Assembly: GCA_018655525.1 (NCBI GenBank)
Contig: JABIJM010000008.1
Span: 20,836 to 84,835, forward strand
Direction: 5' to 3'
Length of the DNA: 64,000 bases
DNA from: Candidatus Woesearchaeota archaeon
GTDB taxonomy: Archaea > Nanobdellota > Nanobdellia > Woesearchaeales > GW2011-AR9
Shown here: one piece after another, positions 49,216-58,869 of the stretch
Layout of the letters: every line of letters starts with the position of its first letter
How positions within the stretch are numbered: the stretch's first letter is position 1
Notes under the pieces: model-generated
Databases searched by the model: none
Told to the model about the DNA's origin: nothing
The model's input: only the letters and a program-made list of their open reading frames with translations
Translations under genes and position numbers: made by a program

Positions 49216-51099
49216 TTACTGGAATCCTCCAGTTGATTGTGCTGATTCTGCGGCAGATGCTGCTTGACTCCCCATAGATCCAATTGTAGAAACACTACTT
49301 AAACTTCCTGGATCAATTGCCCCACCATTTGGAGATGTTGCCGAAGTGAAAAAGTTTAATTGAACATTTTCAAGACTTTTTCCATCTGGAAGACCACATC
49401 CCTTTGCACTTTTAACTAGTTCATCTTGTTCACATCCTGAACCCTCTCCTGTTCCAAACAAATTATTACTAATTGCCCCAAACTGAGCTAAAGAACATGT
49501 AATTGCTGAATTTGCTTTAGGTGCACATGCTGGGTTTGATGCTGGTGCTTGAATCTCTGCATTAGGGTCACCGATAGAATCGGCTTTCGGAGGCACTTTA
49601 TCAAGTTCTACGTCTTGAGTGTCTCCACTTGGTTCTTTAACCTTTACATCTTTTTCTTCAGACTTTGGTTCTCCACTTACTGGCTTCGGATCACCTTGTT
49701 TTACTTTTTTATCCGATTGAATTACTTGTCCTTGAGGATTAGTTACTGTTTCTTTAACAGTTGTTGTTTGTAAAGTTTGTTTATCTCCCGCATTATTAGT
49801 AAATGTTTCAAAATCTACTTTAACATCATAACTATAGCTATAGCCATCTTCATTAGTAAATCCATATCCTCCTTCATAAGAGGTTCCAGAGATTTTACCC
49901 CAACCTTTAGCATTCATTTTTTGTTCTGTTGACTTTCCAACTTGAACTCCACCACCTTGCATCTTCGCTAAATCAAATCCGGTACAAGTGTCACCATCTA
50001 ATCCGGCAGTTGCACTTGTTTTATCTCCGGCCTGTCCAGGAGTTGTATCGTAACCATCTCCACCTGAAACCGTGTCACCACCTGCTTTATCTGCACCTTT
50101 TACTGGATTTACAGAAGTTGATTTACCAACACAAGGCTCCCCATCAAGTGTTAGAGATTCCTTAATTTGAGAAAAACTTTGTCCGCCCTCCGCAGGTTGC
50201 CCACCTGGACTTCCAAAAGCATCTTCTTTTTCAATTAACCCTTTTTCAAAAGATTCAATTAAAGAATCAAAACCCGTTCCAAAATTTTGAACATTTCCTT
50301 CTTTAAAACTATACTCCTGCGTTAAATCAAATTTTACATTAAGCAACTTTTGAACATTTTCAAAAACTAAATGATCCACTAAATTTTGTGCTTTTTCTTT
50401 CGTATTTATCCCAAAATACATTGTGTTAAACATTTCTTCCGGATTATTTACATTTATTTCTTTATTTGGAAAAGTATGTTTAAACCTTACCAAGTCACTC
50501 GCAATAATTAAACTATGTTTAAGAGTTTCATCAAACATTAATTTTGTCATTCCCAATTCTATTCCATAAGTTAATGATAAATCGTATCCTTCTACTTTAG
50601 GACAATACATCCAATCAACTCCTTGCTTGCCACCAGATAAATAACAAGGATATCCTCCAGTTTTCATTAATCCCCATGGTTTACCTGTACTTCCTGCTTC
50701 TGTACACCCTTCTTGAATTGTATATTTACCGTCGTTTGTTAAGTAAGCCCAATTATTTATTGCAATACCATAAGTTGAAGGGTTACCTTGCCTATCTAAA
50801 TCACAATATTTCCAATCAACACCTTCTTTTCCACCACTTTTATAGCATGAGAATCCGCCTTCCATCATTTTTGCCCAAGGTTTACCTACGCTACCCGCTT
50901 CCGTACAACTTGTTTCGATAGAATACGTTTTATCATTTTTCAAATATGCCCAATTTCCTGTTTCATATTGAACTACTGGAGCAACGTCAACTGCTCCTCT
51001 TCCTCCACGGACTGCCTCCCCAGCAATGTTATCTCCACATCCTGCAAGAACAAAACTTAATGCAATTAAACTAATTATAATTAATAAATATTTTTTCAT
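49216..51099 (-). CDS. Secreted lipoprotein with duplicated Cys-containing modules of about 100 aa and a Gly/Thr/Asp-rich low-complexity region
   Basis: Lipobox LAGCG. Two homologous modules (NWAYLKNDKTYSIETSCTEAGSVGKPW...GVDWKYC and NWAYLTNDGKYTIQEGCTEAGSTGKPW...GVDWMYC). Confidence 0.5.
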   Translation of the reverse strand: MKKYLLIIISLIALSFVLAGCGDNIAGEAVRGGRGAVDVAPVVQYETGNWAYLKNDKTYSIETSCTEAGSVGKPWAKMMEGGFSCYKSGGKEGVDWKYCDLDRQGNPSTYGIAINNWAYLTNDGKYTIQEGCTEAGSTGKPWGLMKTGGYPCYLSGGKQGVDWMYCPKVEGYDLSLTYGIELGMTKLMFDETLKHSLIIASDLVRFKHTFPNKEINVNNPEEMFNTMYFGINTKEKAQNLVDHLVFENVQKLLNVKFDLTQEYSFKEGNVQNFGTGFDSLIESFEKGLIEKEDAFGSPGGQPAEGGQSFSQIKESLTLDGEPCVGKSTSVNPVKGADKAGGDTVSGGDGYDTTPGQAGDKTSATAGLDGDTCTGFDLAKMQGGGVQVGKSTEQKMNAKGWGKISGTSYEGGYGFTNEDGYSYSYDVKVDFETFTNNAGDKQTLQTTTVKETVTNPQGQVIQSDKKVKQGDPKPVSGEPKSEEKDVKVKEPSGDTQDVELDKVPPKADSIGDPNAEIQAPASNPACAPKANSAITCSLAQFGAISNNLFGTGEGSGCEQDELVKSAKGCGLPDGKSLENVQLNFFTSATSPNGGAIDPGSLSSVSTIGSMGSQAASAAESAQSTGGFQ

Positions 51100-51242
51100 C
51101 TATAAACACCTCGCGTTAGTGAGGTAAAAAAACACGAATAATATTTTGATTACCTCGTTTTTAATGTGATTTGGAAAGTAAAAAGAGTATAAAAAGATAT
51201 CCCTCTACAAAAACTTAAATACTTTCTAATTTTACAAAATAT

Positions 51243-51668
51243 ATGATTAATAAAAAAGCTAAAGGATCAAAAGGTGAACGGGATTTAGTAAAATTCTTTA
51301 ATGAAAATGAATGGTCTTGCATTAGGATTGCAGGTTCTGGGTCATCTAAATATCCTGCGCCGGATATTCTTGCAGGAAACGCAATAAGAAGAGTTGCAGT
51401 TGAGTGTAAGGTTACAAAAGACCATAAAAAATATTTTCCAAACGATGAAATTGAGCAATTGAGGACGTTTTCGCAGAAATTTGGAGCTGAATCATGGGTT
51501 GCAGTCAAATTTGGAAGTAATGAGTGGTATTTTCTCATGCTTGAAGATCTTATAGATACGGGAAAATCTTGGTCCATTAGCTTAGATATCGCAAAAAGAA
51601 GGGGCCTTACCAAAGAAGAACTACTTGGGAAGGGTAATGTAAACGAAACATTTAAAAGGGCCGAGTAA
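51243..51668 (+). CDS. hjc: Holliday junction resolvase Hjc
   Basis: KGSKGERDLVKFF...IRIAGSGSS...PDILAG...VECK. The archaeal Hjc catalytic motifs are collinear. Confidence 0.8.
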   Translation: MINKKAKGSKGERDLVKFFNENEWSCIRIAGSGSSKYPAPDILAGNAIRRVAVECKVTKDHKKYFPNDEIEQLRTFSQKFGAESWVAVKFGSNEWYFLMLEDLIDTGKSWSISLDIAKRRGLTKEELLGKGNVNETFKRAE

Positions 51669-51694
51669 CGTAATTCTAATTCACCCAACCTAAA

Positions 51695-52591
51695 ATGCGC
51701 CTAACTCCAAAAAAAATAGAAGAAATTCTCGTTCAGATTATTGGTTCAGAAGGTTTACCTCTTATTCAAAACTTGATTGGGCAAGAAAATGTGTCAGAAT
51801 TTGACCTTGCTACAAAAATTAAGTATGATATTAAGGTTGTAAGAAGGTTATTATACACATTATATAATCATAATTTAGTTGCATTTACAAGGAAAAAGGA
51901 TAAACAGAAGGGATGGTATATTTATTATTGGACTTTGCTTCCAAATAGCATCAGATATAGTTATTTTAAACGTAAAAAAGAACTTCTCGAGAGGTTAAAG
52001 GAACGATTAATTGAAGAACAACAAGAATTATTTTTTGTGTGTCCAAATGATTGTGTACGTTTGAATTTTGATCAATCCATGGATTTTGAATTTCATTGTC
52101 CAGAATGTGGAGAATTGATTAATCAAGATAATGGAAAAGAACGTATTCTTATGCTTGAAAAGAAAATTAAAAACCTTACAAAAGAAGTTGAAACATTAAT
52201 TGAACAGCGTAGTGCTAAACGGAAATTGGTGAAGGAAAGAGCAAGAAAAGCTGAAGAAAAAGCAAAACTAGCTGCACGGAAGAAAGAAGTAAAGAAACCG
52301 GTTAAGAAGAAGGTTGTGAAGAAGAAAGTTGCTGCTAAGAAGAAAACTGCAACTAAAAAAATTCCTGTAAAGAAAAAATCTGATAAAAAGAAGGCTACGG
52401 TTAAGAAAAAAGAAGTTGTCAAGAAGAAGAAAGTTGCAACACGGAAAAAAGCAGCTAGTAAAAAGCCTGTAAAAAAGGTTAGTACTAAAAAGAAAGTAGT
52501 GAAGAAAAAAGTTCCTGCAAAAAAATCAAGTTCTAAAAAAGTAATTAAAAAAACTGTAAAGAAAAAAGTTGCTAAAAAAGCAAAAAAATAA
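51695..52591 (+). CDS. tfe: Transcription factor E (TFE-alpha) with a lysine-rich C-terminal tail of about 125 aa
   Basis: N-terminal wH (VVRRLLYTLYNHNLV...GWYIYYW). Zn-ribbon CPNDC...CPECG. Then KKPVKKKVVKKKVAAKKK... repeats. Confidence 0.7.
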   Translation: MRLTPKKIEEILVQIIGSEGLPLIQNLIGQENVSEFDLATKIKYDIKVVRRLLYTLYNHNLVAFTRKKDKQKGWYIYYWTLLPNSIRYSYFKRKKELLERLKERLIEEQQELFFVCPNDCVRLNFDQSMDFEFHCPECGELINQDNGKERILMLEKKIKNLTKEVETLIEQRSAKRKLVKERARKAEEKAKLAARKKEVKKPVKKKVVKKKVAAKKKTATKKIPVKKKSDKKKATVKKKEVVKKKKVATRKKAASKKPVKKVSTKKKVVKKKVPAKKSSSKKVIKKTVKKKVAKKAKK

Positions 52592-52825
52592 TTAACGTTT
52601 TTTTCGTTTTGTTGTTTTCTTACGTGAAGGAGATCTTTTTCTTGTAATCATTCTCTCAATTACTTTCTCTTCTTTCAAAACACGTGATGTCATTCTTTGG
52701 ATATTTTGTTCCATAGATGCAACTCTTCGTTCTAACATGATTAATACACGTAATGAATATACAATTGCTGCTAAGGTTCCAATAATAACTGCGAGTATTA
52801 CTTCTTCCAATCCTAAACCTGTCAT
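52592..52825 (-). CDS. Small membrane protein with a basic C-terminus
   Basis: 77 aa. One TM helix, then an RKR-rich tail. Confidence 0.35.
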   Translation of the reverse strand: MTGLGLEEVILAVIIGTLAAIVYSLRVLIMLERRVASMEQNIQRMTSRVLKEEKVIERMITRKRSPSRKKTTKRKKR

Positions 52826-52926
52826 TTTTTATGTACCTCTTTTAAATGTGTGTTTATAAACAAATGTTTGAGGTATATAAAAGTTTTGTAAAAGTTTATA
52901 AAAGAATGAACGAAATTATACTTACA

Positions 52927-53340
52927 ATGGATGATTATGAAGCAATGTTGAAAAAGGCACAGGAAGAATTGCCAGAGATTACGCATGGTGAATCTAGGTT
53001 TACAATTGATAACGTAAAGGGACATCTTGAAGGAAATAAAACAGTAATCATCAATATTAAACAAATTGCAAAGAGTTTAGATAGAGATCCAGAACATCTT
53101 CTAAAATATTTATTACGTGAATTAGCAGCGCCTGGAAGATTTGTACGAGATCGTGTAATTTTTGGTACAAAGGTCTCAGCAAAAAAAATTAATAAGAAAA
53201 TTGCAAAGTATGCAAGTGAATTCGTATTCTGTAGCGAGTGTAGTAAACCTGAAACAAAAATTGAAGAAGGTAAAGCAGGAGTTATGTATCTTAAATGTCA
53301 GGCATGTGGTGTTAAGAAACCTGTTAAAACGGTACGATGA
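52927..53340 (+). CDS. eif2b: Translation initiation factor 2 beta subunit (aIF2-beta)
   Basis: MDDYEAMLKKAQEELPE start. C-terminal zinc ribbon CSEC...C..C. The listed ORF starts earlier at 52846; I prefer the internal ATG. Confidence 0.75.
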   Translation: MDDYEAMLKKAQEELPEITHGESRFTIDNVKGHLEGNKTVIINIKQIAKSLDRDPEHLLKYLLRELAAPGRFVRDRVIFGTKVSAKKINKKIAKYASEFVFCSECSKPETKIEEGKAGVMYLKCQACGVKKPVKTVR

Positions 53341-53627
53341 TTGTATCGCAAAAACAAGGCCCTCATGGGATTCTTCTTGTTGTAACTGATTCTGATCTGA
53401 TTGGAAAAAAATTTGAAGAGGAACGTGTTCAATTAGATTTAATGCAAGATTTCTATAAAGGTGATGAAATGAACAAAGAAGAAGTTAAAATTCTATTGCA
53501 AAGAAGTAGACATGCTCATTTTACCGGAAAAGAATCTGTTGCGGTTGGAGTTGAATTAGATTTAATAAATCCCGAAAGAATTCTTTATGTTGAAGGTGTT
53601 CCACACGCTGAAGTTATATTGGAATGA
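53337..53627 (+). CDS. Conserved archaeal hypothetical protein (DUF424-like)
   Basis: 96 aa. Overlaps the aIF2-beta stop. Confidence 0.45.
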   Translation: MIVSQKQGPHGILLVVTDSDLIGKKFEEERVQLDLMQDFYKGDEMNKEEVKILLQRSRHAHFTGKESVAVGVELDLINPERILYVEGVPHAEVILE

Positions 53628-56600
53628 TTACGCAATAAAATCTCCTAATCCAACTTGTTTATCTTTATCTTTTCCAAATAATGTATCTACATTAAATTTT
53701 AACATTTCTATTGTTTCTTTTAAGAATGGTGAAAAATCATAATTTTCACATAATGTAAGGGAAGGTCCCAAATATTTAACAACAGATCCTTGAGAAATTG
53801 TAAATATTAATTTTCCGCGGCATTCAGAACATTTGCCTGATAATGGTGGCCTTCTATATTTTGCATTGCATCCTACACATCTAAATTTCTGCATTGAATA
53901 TTTTCTGAAATTTCCTTTAATATCTTTAAGAAAATGTTTTTGAATAACTAATTTTGCAACATCATCCATATCTACTGCACGTACCATTTTTGCAATTTCC
54001 ATTTGTCCAATCAATTTATCTGCCATTGTAGGGAGAGTTTTATATGCACTACATTGTACGCCTTTATTGAAATTGTCAACATGATGTGTAAAACCAAAAT
54101 TTTCAAATTGTGTATTTTTATCTAATCTGTCTGCAAGTTGTTCAATTTTTTTTCCATCTACTTTTACTTCCCAAGGATTTTTCATTTCTAACGCAGCTTC
54201 ATAAAATTCAAGAGGATATTTCCATACGATATCCATCCCATGTACTTGGTCGTCAACTTCTGTAGGGTTTAATGTTGAAGTTAATACTAATGGTGCATCC
54301 ATTGTTTTCGCTCCTCTTCTTTCTGGAAGAAATTGTCGTGAAAAATTTAATAGTGAATCCATTAAGAGCATGATACATGCTTCGTCTCCATCACAATCAC
54401 GCCTTAGACCTGCATGATACATAGGATGTGTAATCATCCCCTGAGTTTCAGAATACCCAATAATTCTTCCTACTAATCCTGCTGAAATGTGTGGAGCAAG
54501 ACCGATCATTAAATGGCCAACGAGATCTTCTGGTTTTTTTACATTGTAAAAAGGTTCCATGTGATAAAATTTTACAAGTAATTCATCTACAAAATTGCAA
54601 ACTCGCATTAATACCTTAGGTCCTGATTCTTGTAAAGATTCAAATCCTGGGATGATAACATCCTGAGGTTTCATTTCTATTAATTGATTATCATCTACTA
54701 ACTCTTTTCCATGCATATCTTCATGATATCCTATTTCCCTTAACTTTTCAACTGAAGTGTTAATTTCTTTAGGTTTAAAATGAGTAAGAGGTAATTCCGT
54801 TGCATCTAATCTAGTTGTACCATCTTTGTTTACATAGACTCCATGTTTTGCTCTTAAAATTCCTTTAGAGAGATGTTCCACCAAATGATGTTTGTTCGAA
54901 GTTCCACGAATACCTTTAATTAAATCTGGATGTAATTTTTCTCCTAAGCGTTCTTTTGCTTTATTAAAATAATATTTAATATCTAATTCTTGTGTTTTGT
55001 ATTGCATTCCATCACCATGCCTACAGGATTTTTCGGTTAAATCACCACAAAAACGACAATAATAATTTTGAGAACATTCTTTACCACATTCTTCACAAGA
55101 AGGGTAAACCATTTCTTTTTTACATTCTTCACAATAAAATAATGGAAAAGAACTTGTGATTTTTTTATTGAGTAGTGCAGATTGAAAACTTCGTAAACGT
55201 TCACCTTCGTCTCCTACAGGAAACATTACCTGGGGCGATCCTTTCAAATGACGCATTTTTGCTTTTTCTGGCCGACCCATACGTGCACCAATAAAAGTAC
55301 CTGCCTTATCCCGTAAGGTAAATGAGTTTGATTCATTAAGAATGTCTAATGCTGTTTTTTCTTCATGAGATTCTAAGTTTATATTTTGTAAATCTTGTTG
55401 GGATGAAATATTAAGAGAAAATGCGAGTGATTTTGCATCTTCTAATTCTATCACAACATTCTCTTTACTAATGATTTTATGAGGTAACCCTATATGGTCT
55501 AAAATTAATTTTCCTTTTTGATGTGATTCTTTATCTTTGTAAAATGGAAGAATTATTTTTTGAATGCCTTCTGATGTTTTTTTGATTTTTCCTTCTTTAA
55601 TCCATTGTATTAATAATACTAAATCTTCACTTGAAATTAGTTTCCAATAAAAGGTATAATCTGGATGTAAAGGGATTTGTAATTCTTTTATCAGTAAAAT
55701 AGATTCTTCAAAACTTGGTTGTTTGAATAATGGTTCTGAAATTAATTCTTTTATTCTTGAATCAGGAATTGTAGTTTTCTTTTCTTTTAAAGATTTTTCA
55801 ACTTCTAGTACCCACCATTCAGGACAATATCCTCCTGGAACAAGAGCATGACCATTTTCTGAAAAATCTCCATAATTAAAAAGAATATCTCCGAGAAATA
55901 ATATCTCTTCAATTTGTTTGAGATGTGTTTGAGCTTCTTCTTCAGTTTTTAAGTACATAACTGTGCCATCTTCTAACCTTACAATTGGACCTTCAATAGT
56001 ATCACAAACTGTAATAGTACATGCTTTTCCTGGACGCTCTACTTTTAGTTGGGTTCCTATTGCAATAAATTTTTGTAAAACGACCATCGTTGCGGGGTGT
56101 AACGCAGATGCAGAGAATCCTGTTGTCCTTCCTCTTCCATATCGCAATCGGAATCCACCTTCTGCAAGAGGATGTGTTAAAATAGGTCTACCAGCCACTA
56201 AATCCATAATGAAAGTATTATTTGCTTCAACTACTTTTTCTCCAGATTTTTTGCCGTCATCCTTTTTCTTAGATCCTGCATGAATTCTTTTTTTAATTTC
56301 AAGAAATTCTTCCATCCAATCCCATTCTAAATCAAAACTTTTTCCCCATTTGCCAAGACGTTTCCATAATTTAGGAGCTTTTTGAGATAATCCTTCTGCT
56401 AATACTAATGCAACTCCTCCTCGGATCATATTTGTTGGGATTCTATCTAAATCTTTATTATTAGAAACTTCAAATCTTTCTGTAGGGTCTCCATCAACCT
56501 CTACAGGCAAATGTTCTAGCATAAATTTTAATTCTTCATCTGAAGGTTTATATTGTAAGTTTGTAACTCGATCATTATAATCATTAACTTCAGTCATATA

Positions 56601-57176
56601 TCTATTAATTTCTTTTTCACTTGGATCCCAAGGAGAATAACCCATTTTAACACGAACATAATCTGATAAAATTACAGAAGTTGAAGAAGCCGTTCCCCCT
56701 GCTGCACGAATTGGGCCGGCATACTGCAATGCAAAATATTCCTTGCCATCTCTCCGTTTTTTGATTTCTAATCCTATAAACCCTTCCAAAGGAGCTGATA
56801 CAATCCCTAAAGTTAAATATGCAAAACCTACACGGATGCCAACTTCCATTGCTTCCTTTTTTTCATCGAATTTACAAAATTGTTCTTTTGCAACTTCTTC
56901 TGCAATTTTAAAACCTACACGCCAATCAAGCATCCCATATTCTTTTTCTAACTCAATGATCCTTTCTGGAATTCCAGTATTTTGGATTTGTGGAGACATT
57001 ACTGAAATTAATCCTACTACACGTTCAGCCATGTTCTTAGCAATTGGAATGGGAACTTCTTTTTCTGGATCTAATCCTTTTGCCCGTGCAACTTTTGCAA
57101 TGTCATAACTACGTGTAACTTCATCATTAATACGTTTAAAGTACGCATGTATTTTTGGAGATGCAACTATTGCCAT
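53628..57176 (-). CDS. polC: DNA polymerase II (PolD) large subunit DP2
   Basis: 1182 aa. Cys clusters (CEECKKEM...CEECGKEC..CRFCG) and overall collinearity with archaeal DP2. No intein-sized insertion. Confidence 0.9.
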   Translation of the reverse strand: MAIVASPKIHAYFKRINDEVTRSYDIAKVARAKGLDPEKEVPIPIAKNMAERVVGLISVMSPQIQNTGIPERIIELEKEYGMLDWRVGFKIAEEVAKEQFCKFDEKKEAMEVGIRVGFAYLTLGIVSAPLEGFIGLEIKKRRDGKEYFALQYAGPIRAAGGTASSTSVILSDYVRVKMGYSPWDPSEKEINRYMTEVNDYNDRVTNLQYKPSDEELKFMLEHLPVEVDGDPTERFEVSNNKDLDRIPTNMIRGGVALVLAEGLSQKAPKLWKRLGKWGKSFDLEWDWMEEFLEIKKRIHAGSKKKDDGKKSGEKVVEANNTFIMDLVAGRPILTHPLAEGGFRLRYGRGRTTGFSASALHPATMVVLQKFIAIGTQLKVERPGKACTITVCDTIEGPIVRLEDGTVMYLKTEEEAQTHLKQIEEILFLGDILFNYGDFSENGHALVPGGYCPEWWVLEVEKSLKEKKTTIPDSRIKELISEPLFKQPSFEESILLIKELQIPLHPDYTFYWKLISSEDLVLLIQWIKEGKIKKTSEGIQKIILPFYKDKESHQKGKLILDHIGLPHKIISKENVVIELEDAKSLAFSLNISSQQDLQNINLESHEEKTALDILNESNSFTLRDKAGTFIGARMGRPEKAKMRHLKGSPQVMFPVGDEGERLRSFQSALLNKKITSSFPLFYCEECKKEMVYPSCEECGKECSQNYYCRFCGDLTEKSCRHGDGMQYKTQELDIKYYFNKAKERLGEKLHPDLIKGIRGTSNKHHLVEHLSKGILRAKHGVYVNKDGTTRLDATELPLTHFKPKEINTSVEKLREIGYHEDMHGKELVDDNQLIEMKPQDVIIPGFESLQESGPKVLMRVCNFVDELLVKFYHMEPFYNVKKPEDLVGHLMIGLAPHISAGLVGRIIGYSETQGMITHPMYHAGLRRDCDGDEACIMLLMDSLLNFSRQFLPERRGAKTMDAPLVLTSTLNPTEVDDQVHGMDIVWKYPLEFYEAALEMKNPWEVKVDGKKIEQLADRLDKNTQFENFGFTHHVDNFNKGVQCSAYKTLPTMADKLIGQMEIAKMVRAVDMDDVAKLVIQKHFLKDIKGNFRKYSMQKFRCVGCNAKYRRPPLSGKCSECRGKLIFTISQGSVVKYLGPSLTLCENYDFSPFLKETIEMLKFNVDTLFGKDKDKQVGLGDFIA

Positions 57177-57177
57177 A

Positions 57178-58869
57178 TTAAAATCGTAAAACTTTAACCT
57201 CCCTTGTTTTGAGATTTACTACTGGAACTCGTCCGGGTTCTGGTTCATGACCTAATTTTTCTTGGAAGGAGGTCATACTTTGCCAACAACTTCCACTAAT
57301 CATTGTAATTCCTTTATAATTAGCAACAGAAGAATAATGGATATGTCCGGTAATTAAAAAATCTGGTACTTTTTTAATCAGTAAAGGATCTTCTTTATGG
57401 CCTGGATAATAAGGAGTTGATGTAAATGATGGAGCCATATGCCTTCGTTTAAGAAGGAATTTCATTATTAAGTCAGCTCTTTTATATCCTCCTCCATTTC
57501 GTATTGATTCTACATTTGCAACATAATAATCAAAACTATATCCATGATACATTTGAACATTAAATCCTTCAAAATCCTTTGTTTTTCCAATATTAATCAA
57601 TGCAGGATTTGTCACTAATTCTACATTTGGCAGTTCAAATAATCCTGGAACAAATTGTTGATAAAGTACAGGTTGAGGTTCAGCTAAATGTACAAGATCA
57701 TGGTTGCCTGGACAGATTATAATAGGAATGTGTGAAGGAATTCCTTTGATTAATTCTACAAATTTTTGATATTGTCCTTCAATTGTGGTGATAAATAATT
57801 CTTCTTCATGTCCAGGATAAATTCCAACACCATCTACTACATCTCCTGCAATGAAAATGTATTTTAAGTTACGTGCAATGTTTCGTTGTGCTTCGTTCCC
57901 TACATTTCCATTCGTCCATTCTATAAATTTTTTAAATGGTTCTTCTAAAAAATATTTTGAACCAACATGAATATCTGATAAAAAAATAACATGTTCTTCT
58001 TCTGGTCCTTTTTTCATAACATTAGTTGAAGGAATGTCAGGCCAGACTACATTTTCTGCAAAAATAATTTTATCACCCGTTACTCCTGAAATTCCAACTA
58101 CCTCGTCATAAACAAGGTCTTTACCATCTAAAAAAAGATCTTTTTTATTTTTTGAAATAAGAACTTTAATTTTTCCAGTGAAGTCTTCTAACGTCAACAT
58201 CAAATTTCCATTCTTTGTTTCACCAATTTCTTCGACAATCCCGATGATAGAAACATTTTCTCGTTCTTTTTTTTCAAGAACTCTACTTATAGAAAGCATA
58301 TTTTTTAATTCTTGTCTATTTCTGAGTATGTTTTCTAAAAACTTAAATCGCGATGTAAAGAAATGAGTGAAATCTGCAACTGTAAATTTGTGAGGTTTAT
58401 TTTCATAAGAAATTATAATTGTAACTGCTGAAGAGGGCTGAACAATATTTTGTGGTGACAATTCTAATTCTAAATGTTCTTTTTCTTTAAGTTCTTCAGG
58501 AGTGCCTAGATTTGTTTTTTGTGTATCTTCTAATTCAACTTCTAAACTACTGACATCTTGGTTACTTTTATGTTGAGGGACATCAATTGAAAGAGTTGAT
58601 GTTTTGAAACTCTGTAATTGAGATTGGTAAATGTCGTCATTTCTATCTTTTTCAGAATTTACACGCATTTCATCTACTTCATGCCAATCAACAAGTGAAG
58701 ATTCTTGTTTGATGACATCTACATAATCATCATTAAGTACTATTAAATCAGATTCTGTTTCTAATTTTTGACGTAAATTTTTGTCAAGGCCTTTTTGAAG
58801 TAGTTCTTCATTTAGTAAGATCCCTTTTTCGAACATTTCTTCTATTAATTTTTCACGGCTCGTTGTCAT
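57178..58869 (-). CDS. polB: DNA polymerase II (PolD) small subunit DP1
   Basis: C-terminal calcineurin-like phosphoesterase motifs (GDVVDGVG, GNHD, GHIH). N-terminal OB region. Confidence 0.85.
   Translation of the reverse strand: MTTSREKLIEEMFEKGILLNEELLQKGLDKNLRQKLETESDLIVLNDDYVDVIKQESSLVDWHEVDEMRVNSEKDRNDDIYQSQLQSFKTSTLSIDVPQHKSNQDVSSLEVELEDTQKTNLGTPEELKEKEHLELELSPQNIVQPSSAVTIIISYENKPHKFTVADFTHFFTSRFKFLENILRNRQELKNMLSISRVLEKKERENVSIIGIVEEIGETKNGNLMLTLEDFTGKIKVLISKNKKDLFLDGKDLVYDEVVGISGVTGDKIIFAENVVWPDIPSTNVMKKGPEEEHVIFLSDIHVGSKYFLEEPFKKFIEWTNGNVGNEAQRNIARNLKYIFIAGDVVDGVGIYPGHEEELFITTIEGQYQKFVELIKGIPSHIPIIICPGNHDLVHLAEPQPVLYQQFVPGLFELPNVELVTNPALINIGKTKDFEGFNVQMYHGYSFDYYVANVESIRNGGGYKRADLIMKFLLKRRHMAPSFTSTPYYPGHKEDPLLIKKVPDFLITGHIHYSSVANYKGITMISGSCWQSMTSFQEKLGHEPEPGRVPVVNLKTREVKVLRF

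Noticed and set aside
52123-52422. 99-aa minus-strand ORF rich in Phe and Leu
   Set aside because: It is antisense to the lysine-codon (AAA/AAG) repeats of the TFE tail, where the reverse reading gives TTT/CTT codons. This is an artefact.
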